From positions 6,014,001 through 6,078,000 of the forward strand of contig OZ024740.1 of the NCBI GenBank assembly GCA_964016885.1: 64,000 nucleotides of DNA, in the 5' to 3' direction. Source of the stretch: Eledone cirrhosa. Its lineage: Eukaryota. A program made the translations under genes and the position numbers. The notes under the pieces were generated by a model. The model had not been told where the DNA came from. It ran no database searches and saw nothing but the letters and a program-made list of their open reading frames with translations. Positions 49,602-61,800 of this stretch are shown one piece after another. Position 1 is the first letter of the stretch. Each line of letters opens with the position of its first letter.

Positions 49602-52600
49602 CACTGTACATACCTCCACTGCACATACCTCAACTGCACATACCTCCACTGCACATACATACCTCCATTGTCCATACCTCCACTGCACATATCTCCACTG
49701 TACATAACTCTACTGTACAAACCTCCATTGCACATACCTCCACGGTACATACCTCCATTGCACATACCTCCACTGTACATACCTCCACTGCACATACATA
49801 CCTCCACTGTACATACCTCAATGTACATACCTCCACTGCAGATACATCCACTTACACACCTCCACTGCACATACCTCTACTGTACATACCTCCACTGCAC
49901 ATACCTCCACTGTACATACCTCCACTGTACATACCTCCACTGCACATACCTCTACTGTTCATACCTCCACTGCACATAGATACCTGCACTGTACATACCT
50001 CCACTGTACATACCTCCACTGCACATACCTCCACGGTATATACCTCCACTGCACATACATACCACCACTGCACATACCTCCACTGTAGATAACTCCACTG
50101 CACATACCTCCACTGTACATACCTCCACTGCACATAGCTCCACTGCACATACCTCCACTGTACATACCTCTACTGTACATACCTCCACTGCACATACCTC
50201 CACTGTACATACCTCCACTGCACATACCTCAACTGCACTTACCTCCACTGCACATACATACCTCAATTGTCCATACCTCCACTGCACGTACCTCCACTGT
50301 ACATATCTCCACTGTACATACCTCCAATGTACATACCTCCACTGTACATACCTTCACTGCACATACCTCCACTGTAGATAACTCTACTGTACAAACCTCC
50401 ATTGCACATACCTCAACGGTACATACCTCCATTGCACATACCTCCACTGTACATACCTCCACTGCACATACATACCTCCACTGTACATACCTCCACTGTA
50501 CATACCTCCACTGCAGATACATCCATTTACACACCTCCACTGCACATACCTCCACTGTACATACCTCCACTGCACATACCTCCACTGCACATACCTCCAC
50601 TGCACATAGATACCTGCACTGTACATACCTCCACTGTACATACCTCCACTGCACATACCTCCACGGTATATACCTCCACTGCACATACATACCACCACTG
50701 CACATACCTCCACTGTACATAACTCCACTGCACATACCTCCACTGTACATACCTCCACTTCACATATCTCCACTGCACATACCTCCACTGTACATACCTC
50801 TACTGTACATACCTCCACTACACATACCTCCACTCTACATACCTCCACTGCACATAGATAACAGAACTGTATATACCTCCACTGTACATACCTCCACTGC
50901 ACATATATAACAGCACTGTACATACCTCCACTGCACATACCTCCCCTCCACATACCTCCACTGTACATACCTCCACTGCACATACCTCCACAGCACATAC
51001 CACCACTGCACATACCTCCACTGCACATAGCTCCACTGCACATAAATCCACTGTACATACCTCCACTGCACATACCTCCACTGTACATACCTCCACTGCA
51101 CATCCATACCTCCACTGCACATACCTCCACCGCACATCCATACCTCCACTGCACATACCTCCACTGTACATACCTCTACTGTACATACCTCCACTGCACA
51201 TACCTCCACTGTACATACCTCCACTGCACATAGATAACAGCACTGTACATACCTCCACTGCACATACCTCCCCTCCACATACCTCCACTGCACATACCTC
51301 CACTGCACATAGCTCCACTGCACATAAATCCACTGTACATACCTCCACTGCACATACCTCCCCTGCACATACCTCCACTGTACATACCTCCACTGCACAT
51401 ACCTCCACTGCACATACCTCCACTGCACATATCTCCACTATACATACCTCCACTGCACATATCTCCACTGTACATACCTCCACTGCACATCCATACCTCC
51501 ACTGCACATACCTCCACTGTAGATACCTCCACTGTACATACCTCCACTGTACATACCTCCACTGCACAGACCTCTACTGTACATACCTCCACTGCACATC
51601 CATACCTCCACTGCACATACATCCACTGTACATACCTCCACTGCACATACCTCCACTGCATATATCTCCACTGTACATACCTCCACTGCACATACCTCCC
51701 CAGCACATACCACCACTGTACATACCTCCACTGCACATACCTCCACAGCACATACCTCCACTGCTCATACCTCCACTGCACATACCTCCACTGCACATAC
51801 ATCCACCGTACATACCTCCACAGCACATACCTCCAATGCACATACCTCCACTACACATACCTCCACAGCACATACCTCCACTGCACATACCTCCACTGCA
51901 CATACCTCCACTGCACATACATCCACTGTACATACCTCCACTGCACATACCTCCACTGCACATATCTCCACTGCACATACTTCCACTGCACATATCTCCT
52001 GTATACATACCTCCACTGTACATAACTCCACTGCACATACTTCCACTGCACATACCTACAGTGTACATACCTCCACTGTACATACCACCACTGCTCATAC
52101 CTCCACTGTACGTAGCTCCACTGCACATCCATACCTCCACTGCACATACCTCCACTGTAGATACCTCCACTGCACATACCTCCACTGCACATACCTCCAC
52201 TGTACATACCTCCACTTTACATACCTCCACTGCACATACCTCCACTGTACATAACACTACTGACATACCTCCATGGCACATACCTCCACTGTACATACCT
52301 CCACTGCACATACATACATCCACTGTAGATACCTCCACTGTACATACCTCCACTGCACATACATCCACTGTACACACCTCTACTGTACATACCTCCACTG
52401 TACATACCTCCACTGTACATATCTCCACTGCACATACCTCCACTGCTCATACCTCCACTGTACATACCTCCAATGCACATACCTCCACTGTACATACCCC
52501 CACTGCACATACCTCCATTGCACATACCTCCACTGTACATATCTCTACTGTACATACCTCCACTGTACATACACCCACTATACATACCTCCACTGCACAT

Positions 52601-55600
52601 ACCTCCACTGCACATACATACCTCCACTGTACATACCTCCACTGCACATACCTCAACTGCACTTACCTCCACTGCACATACATACCTCAATTGTCCATAC
52701 CTCCACTGCACGTACCTCCACTGTACATATCTCCACTGTACATACCTCCAATGTACATACCTCCACTGTACATACCTCCACTGCACATACCTCCACTGTA
52801 GATAACTCTACTGTACAAACCTCCATTGCACATACCTCAACGGTACATACCTCCATTGCACATACCTCCACTGTACATACCTCCACTGCACATACATACC
52901 TCCACTGTACATACCTCCACTGTACATACCTCCACTGCAGATACATCCATTTACACACCTCCACTGCACATACCTCCACTGTACATACCTCCACTGCACA
53001 TACCTCCACTGCACATACCTCCACTGCACATAGATACCTGCACTGTACATACCTCCACTGTACATACCTCCACTGCACATACCTCCACGGTATATACCTC
53101 CACTGCACATACATACCACCACTGCACATACCTCCACTGTACATAACTCCACTGCACATACCTCCACTGTACATACCTCCACTTCACATATCTCCACTGC
53201 ACATACCTCCACTGTACATACCTCTACTGTACATACCTCCACTACACATACCTCCACTCTACATACCTCCACTGCACATAGATAACAGTACTGTATATAC
53301 CTCCACTGTACATACCTCCACTGCACATATATAACAGCACTGTACATACCTCCACTGCACATACCTCCCCTCCACATACCTCCACTGTACATACCTCCAC
53401 TGCACATACCTCCACAGCACATACCACCACTGCACATACCTCCACTGGACATAGCTCCACTGCACATAAATCCACTGTACATACCTCCACTGCACATACC
53501 TCCACTGTACATACCTCCACTGCACATCCATACCTCCACTGCACATACCTCCACCGCACATCCATACCTCCACTGCACATACCTCCACCGTACATACCTC
53601 TACTGTACATACCTCCACTGCACATACCTCCACTGTACATACCTCCACTGCACATAGATAACAGCACTGTACATACCTCCACTGCATATAGATAACAGCA
53701 CTGTACATACCTCCACTGCACATACCTCCCCTCCACATACCTCCACTGCACATACCTCCACTGAACATAGCTCCACTGCACATAAATCCACTGTACATAC
53801 CTCCACTGCACATACCTCCCCTGCACATACCTCCACTGTACATACCTCCACTGCACATACCTCCACTGCACATACCTCCACTGCACATATCTCCACTATA
53901 CATACCTCCACTGCACATATCTCCACTGTACATACCTCCACTGCACATCCATACCTCCACTGCACATACCTCCACTGTAGATACCTCCACTGTACATACC
54001 TCCACTGTACATACCTCCACTGCACAGACCTCTACTGTACATACCTCCACTGCACATCCATACCTCCACTGCACATACATCCACTGTACATACCTCCACT
54101 GCACATACCTCCACTGCATATATCTCCACTGTACATACCTCCACTGCACATACCTCCCCAGCACATACCTCCACTGTACATACCTCCACTGCACATACCT
54201 CCACAGCACATACCTCCACTGCTCATACCTCCACTGCACATACCTCCACTGCACATACATCCACCGTACATACCTCCACAGCACATACCTCCACTGCACA
54301 TACCTCCACTACACATACCTCCACAGCACATACCTCCACTGCACATACCTCCACTGCACATACCTCCACTGCACATACATCCACTGTACATACCTCCACT
54401 GCACATACCTCCACTGCACATATCTCCACTGCACATACTTCCACTGCACATATCTCCTGTATACATACCTCCACTGTACATAACTCCACTGCACATACTT
54501 CCACTGCACATACCTACAGTGTACATACCTCCACTGTACATACCACCACTGCTCATACCTCCACTGTACGTAGCTCCACTGCACATCCATACCTCCACTG
54601 CACATACCTCCACTGTAGATACCTCCTCTGCACATACCTCCACTGCACATACCTCCACTGTACATACCTCCACTTTACATACCTCCACTGCACATACCTC
54701 CACTGTACATAACACTACTGTACATACCTCCATTGCACATACCTCCACGGTACATACCTCCATTGCACATACCTCCACTATACATACCTCCACTGCACAT
54801 ACATACCTCCACTGTACATACCTCCACTGTACATACCTCCACTGCACATACATCCACTGTACACACCTCTACTGTACATAACTCCACTGTACATACCTCC
54901 ACTGCACATACCTCCACTGCACATAGCTCCACTGCACATACCTCCACTGCACATACCTCCACTGTACATACCTCCAATGCACATACCTCCACTGTACATA
55001 CCCCCACTGCACATACCTCCATTCCACATACCTCCACTGTACATATCTCCACTGTACATACCTCCACTGTACATACACCCACTATACATACCTCCACTGC
55101 ACATACCTCCACTGCACATACATACCTCCACTGTACATACCTCCACTGCACATACCTCAACTGCACATACCTCCACTGCACATACATACCTCCATTGTCC
55201 ATACCTCCACTGCACATATCTCCACTGTACATAACTCTACTGTACAAACCTCCATTGCACATACCTCCACGGTACATACCTCCATTGCACATACCTCCAC
55301 TGTACATACCTCCACTGCACATACATACCTCCACTGTACATACCTCAATGTACATACCTCCACTGCAGATACATCCACTTACACACCTCCACTGCACATA
55401 CCTCTACTGTACATACCTCCACTGCACATACCTCCACTGTACATACCTCCACTGTACATACCTCCACTGTACATACCTCTACTGTACATACCTCCACTGC
55501 ACATAGATACCTGCACTGTACATACCTCCACTGTACATACCTCCACTGCACATACCTCCACGGTATATACCTCCACTGCACATACATACCACCACTGCAC

Positions 55601-58269
55601 ATACCTCCACTGTAGATAACTCCACTGCACATACCTCCACTGTACATACCTCCACTGCACATAGCTCCACTGCACATACCTCCACTGTACTTACCTCTAC
55701 TGTACATACCTCCACTGCACATACCTCCACTCTACATACCTCCACTGCACATAGATAACAGTACTGTACATACCTCCACTGTACATACCTCCACTGCACA
55801 TAGATAACAGCACTGTACATACCTCCCCTCCACATACCTCCACTGTACATACCTCCACTGCACATACCTCCACAGCACATACCACCACTGCACATACCTC
55901 CACTGCACATAGCTCCACTGCACATAAATCCACTGTACATACCTCCACTACACATACCTCCACTGTACATACCTCCACTGCACATCCATACCTCCACTGC
56001 ACATACCTCCACTGCACATCCATACCTCCACTGCACATACCTCCACTGTACATACCTCCACTGCACATACCTCCACTGTACATACCTCCACTGCACATAG
56101 ATAACAGCACTGTACATACCTCCACTGCACATCCATACCTCCACTGCACATACATCACTGTACATACCTCCACTGCACATACCTCCACTGCATATATCTC
56201 CACTGTACATACCTCCACTGCACATACCTCCCCAGCACATACCTCCACTGTACATACCTCCACTGCACATACCTCCACAGCACATACCTCCACTGCTCAT
56301 ACCTCCACTGCACATACCTCCACTGCACATACATCCACCGTACATACCTCCACAGCACATACCTCCACTGCACATACCTCCACTGCACATACCTCCACAG
56401 CACATACCTCCACTGCACATACCTCCACTGCACATACCTCCACTGCACATACATCCACTGTACATACCTCCACTGCACATACCGCCACTGCACATATCTC
56501 CACTGCACATACGTCCACTGCACATATCTCCTGTATACATACCTCCACTGTACATAACTCCACTGCACATACTTCCACTGCACATACCTACAGTGTACAT
56601 ACCTCCACTGTACATACGACCACTGCTCATACCTCCACTGTACGTAGCTCCACTGCACATCCATACCTCCACTGCACATACCTCCACTGTAGATACCTCC
56701 ACTGCACATACCTCCACTGCACATACCTCCACTGTACATACCTCCACTTTACATACCTCCAATGCACATACCTCCACTGTACATAACACTACTGTACATA
56801 CCTCCATTGCACATACCTCCACGGTACATAACTCCATTGCACATACCTCCACTGTACATATCTCCACTGCACATACATACCTCCACTGTACATACCTCCA
56901 CTGTACATACCTCCACTGCACATACATCCACTGTACACACCTCTACTGTACATACCTCCACTGTACATACCTCCACTGTACATACCTCCACTGTACATAC
57001 CTCCACTGCACATACCTCCACTGTACATACCTCCACTATACATAAATACCTGCACTGTACATACCTCCACTGCACATACCTCCACTGCAAATACCTCCAG
57101 TGTATATACCTCCACTGCACATACATACCGCCACTGCACATACCTCCACTGTATATACCTCCACTGCACATACCTCCACTGTACATACCTCCACTGCACA
57201 TAGCCCCACTGCACATACCTCCACTGTACATACCTCTACTGTACATACCTCCACTGCACATACCTCCACTGAACATACCTCCACTGCACATACCTCCACT
57301 GTACATACCTCCACTGTACATACCTCCACTGCACATACCTCCACTACACATAAATCCACTGTACATACCTCCACTACACATACCTCCACTGTACATACCT
57401 CCACTGCACATCCATACCTCCACTGCACATACCTCCACTGCACATCCATACCTCCACTGCACATACCTCCACTGTACATACCTCTACTGTACATACCTCC
57501 ATTGCACATAACTCCACTGTACATACCTCCACTGCACATAGATAACAGCACTGTACATACCTCCACTGCACATAGATAACAGCACTGTACATACCTCCAC
57601 TGCACATACCTTCCCTCCACATACCTCCACTGTACATACCTCCACTGCACATACCTCCACAGCACATACCTCCACTGCACATACCTCCACTGCACAGAGC
57701 TCCACTGCACATAAATCCACTGTACATACCTCCACTGCACATACCTCCCCTGCACATACCTCCACTGTACATACCTCCACTGCATATACCTCCACTGCAC
57801 ATACCACCCGTGCACATATCTCCACTATTCATACCTCCACAACACATACCTCCACTGTACATACCTCCACTGCACATCCATACCTCCACTGCACATACCT
57901 CCACTGTAGATACCTCCACTGCACATACCTCCACTGCACATACCTCCACTGTACATACCTCCACTTTACATACCTCCAATGCACATACCTCCACTGTACA
58001 TAACACTACTGTACATACCTCCATTGCACATACCTCCACGGTACATAACTCCATTGCACATACCTCCACTGTACATATCTCCACTGCACATACATACCTC
58101 CACTGTACATACCTCCACTGTACATACCTCCACTGCACATACATCCACTGTACACACCTCTACTGTACATACCTCCACTGTACATACCTCCACTGTACAT
58201 ACCTCCACTGTACATACCTCCACTGCACATACCTCCACTGTACATACCTCCACTATACATAAATACCTG
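49602..58269. repeat. 8,668-bp tandem duplication, copy 2
   Basis: Same offset as copy 1, with only a handful of substitutions seen by eye (e.g. agtact 42195 vs agaact 50863; tagacaacag ~44987 vs tagataacag ~53655). Confidence 0.92.
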
Positions 58270-60385
58270 CACTGTACATACCTCCACTGCACATACCTCC
58301 ACTGCAAATACCTCCAGTGTATATACCTCCACTGCACATACATACCGCCACTGCACATACCTCCACTGTACATACCTCCACTGCACATACCTCCACTGTA
58401 CATACCTCCACTGCACATAGCCCCACTGCACATACCTCCACTGTACATACCTCTACTGTACATACCTCCACTGCACATACCTACACTGAACATACCTCCA
58501 CTGCACATACCTCCACTGTACATACCTCCACTGTACATACCTCCACTGCACATACCTCCACTACACATAAATCCACTGTACATACCTCCACTACACATAC
58601 CTCCACTGTACATACCTCCACTGCACATCCATACCTCCACTGCACATACCTCCACTGCACATCCATACCTCCACTGCACATACCTCCACTGTACATACCT
58701 CTACTGTACATACCTCCATTGCACATAACTCCACTGTACATACCTCCACTGCACATAGATAACAGCACTGTACATACCTCCACTGCACATAGATAACAGC
58801 ACTGTACATACCTCCACTGCACATACCTCCCCTCCACATACCTCCACTGTACATACCTCCACTGCACATACCTCCACAGCACATACCTCCACTGCACATA
58901 CCTCCACTGCACAGAGCTCCACTGCACATAAATCCACTGTACATACCTCCACTGCACATACCTCCCCTGCACATACCTCCACTGTACATACCTCCACTGC
59001 ATATACCTCCACTGCACATACCACCCGTGCACATATCTCCACTATTCATACCTCCACAACACATACCTCCACTGTACATACCTCCACTGCACATCCATAC
59101 CTCCACTGCACATACCTCCACTGTAGATACCTCCACTGCACATACCTCCACTGCACATACCTCCACTGTACATACCTCCACTTTACATACCTCCAATGCA
59201 CATACCTCCACTGTACATAACACTACTGTACATACCTCCATTGCACATACCTCCACGGTACATAACTCCATTGCACATACCTCCACTGTACATATCTCCA
59301 CTGCACATACATACCTCCACTGTACATACCTCCACTGTACATACCTCCACTGCACATACATCCACTGTACACACCTCTACTGTACATACCTCCACTGTAC
59401 ATACCTCCACTGTACATACCTCCACTGTACATACCTCCACTGCACATACCTCCACTGTACATACCTCCACTATACATAAATACCTGCACTGTACATACCT
59501 CCACTGCACATACCTCCACTGCAAATACCTCCAGTGTATATACCTCCACTGCACATACATACCGCCACTGCACATACCTCCACTGTACATACCTCCACTG
59601 CACATACCTCCACTGTACATACCTCCACTTCACATAGCCCCACTGCACATACCTCCACTGTACATACCTCTACTGTACATACCTCCACTGCACATACCTC
59701 CACTGAACATACCTCCACTGCACATACCTCCACTGTACATACCTCCACTGTACATACCTCCACTGCACATACCTCCACTACACATAAATCCACTGTACAT
59801 ACCTCCACTACACATACCTCCACTGTACATACCTCCACTGCACATCCATACCTCCACTGCACATACCTCCACTGCACATCCATACCTCCACTGCACATAC
59901 CTCCACTGTACATACCTCTACTGTACATACCTCCATTGCTCATACCTCCACTGTACATACCTCCACTGCACATAGATAACAGCACTGTACATACCTCCAC
60001 TGCACATAGATAACAGCACTGTACATACCTCCACTGCACATAGATAACAGCACTGTACATACCTCCACTGCACATACCTCCCCTCCACATACCTCCACTG
60101 TACATACCTCCACTGCACATACCTCCACAGCACATACCTCCACTACACATACCTCCACTGCACAGAGCTCCACTGCACATAAATCCACTGTACATACCTC
60201 CACTGCACATACCTCCCCTGCACATACCTCCACTGTACATACCTCCACTGCATATACCTCCACTGCACATACCACCCGTGCACATATCTCCACTATTCAT
60301 ACCTCCACAACACATACCTCCACTGTACATACCTCCACTGCACATCCATACCTCCACTGCACATACCTCCACTGTAGATACCTCC
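56650..60385. repeat. 1,217-bp tandem sub-array (3 units: 1217, 1217, 1251 bp); about 1.3 further units at ~47980-49601
   Basis: ORF offsets 56762/57979/59196 and 57810/59027 equal 1217, and 59027/60278 equals 1251. The private variants ccacccgtgc, cactattcatacc, cataaatacctgc and cacagagctcc occur once per unit. The third unit has an extra 34-bp tagataacagcactg... block. Confidence 0.9.
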
Positions 60386-61560
60386 ACTGTACATATCTCC
60401 ACTGTACATACCTCCACTGCACAGACCTCTAATGTACATACCTCCACTGCACATCCATAACTCCACTGCACATACATCCACTGTACATACCTCCACTGCA
60501 AATACCTCCACTGCATATATCTCCACTGTACATACCTCCACTGCACATACCTCCCCAGCACATACCTCCACTGTACATACCTCCACTGCTCATACCTCCA
60601 CTGCACATACCTCCACTGCACATACATCCACCGTACATACCTCCACAGCACATACCTCCACTGCACATACCTCCACTGCACATAACTCCACAGCACATAC
60701 CTCCACATTACATACCTCCACTGCACATATCTCCACTGTACATACCTCCACGCCACATATATCCACTGTACATACCTCCACTGCACATAGCTCCACTGCA
60801 CATACCTCCACTGCACATATCTCCACTGTACATACCTACACTGTACATACCTCCACTGTACATACCACCACTGCACATACCTCCACTGTACATGCCTCCA
60901 CTGTACATACCTCCACTTTACATACCTCCACTGCATATACCTCCACTGTACATACCTCCACAGCACATACTTCCACTGCACATACCTCCACTGTACATAT
61001 CTCCACTGCACATACCTCCACTGCAAATACCTCCACTGTACATACCCCCACTGCACATACCTCCACTGCACATACCTCCCTTCCACATACATCCACTGTA
61101 CATACCTCCATTGCACATACCTCCGCAGCACATACCTCCACTGCACATACCTCCACTGCACATAGCTCCACTGCACATAAATCCACTGTACATAGCTCCA
61201 CTGCACATACCTCCCCTGCACATACCTCCACTGTACATACCTCCACTGCACATACCTCCACTGCACATACCTCCACTGCACATATCTCCACTATACATAC
61301 CTCCACTGCACATACCTCCACTGTACATACCTCCACTGCACATCCATACCTCCACTGCACATACCTCCACTGTAGATACCTCCACTGTACATACCTCCAC
61401 TGTACATACCTCCACTGCACAGAACTCTACTGTACATACCTCCACTGCACATACATCCACTGTACATACCTCCACTGCACATACCTCCACTGCATATATC
61501 TCCACTGTACATACCTCCACTGCACATACCTCCCCAGCACATACCTCCAGTGTACATACC

Positions 61561-61800
61561 TCCACTGCACATACCTCCACAGCACATACCTCCACTGCTC
61601 ATACCTCCACTGCACATACCTCCACTGCATATACATCCACCGTACATACCTCCACAGCACATACCTCCACTGTACATACCTCCACTGCACATACCTCCAC
61701 AGCACATACCTCCACTGCTCATACCTCCACTGCACATACCTCCACTGCATATACATCCACCGTACATACCTCCACAGCACATACCTCCACTGCACATACC
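61561..61800. repeat. 120-bp (8-monomer) local tandem duplication
   Basis: Sequence 61561-61680 is repeated at 61681-61800, including the acagcac, tgctcat, gcatatacatcc and ccaccgta variants, with one C/T difference. Confidence 0.85.
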
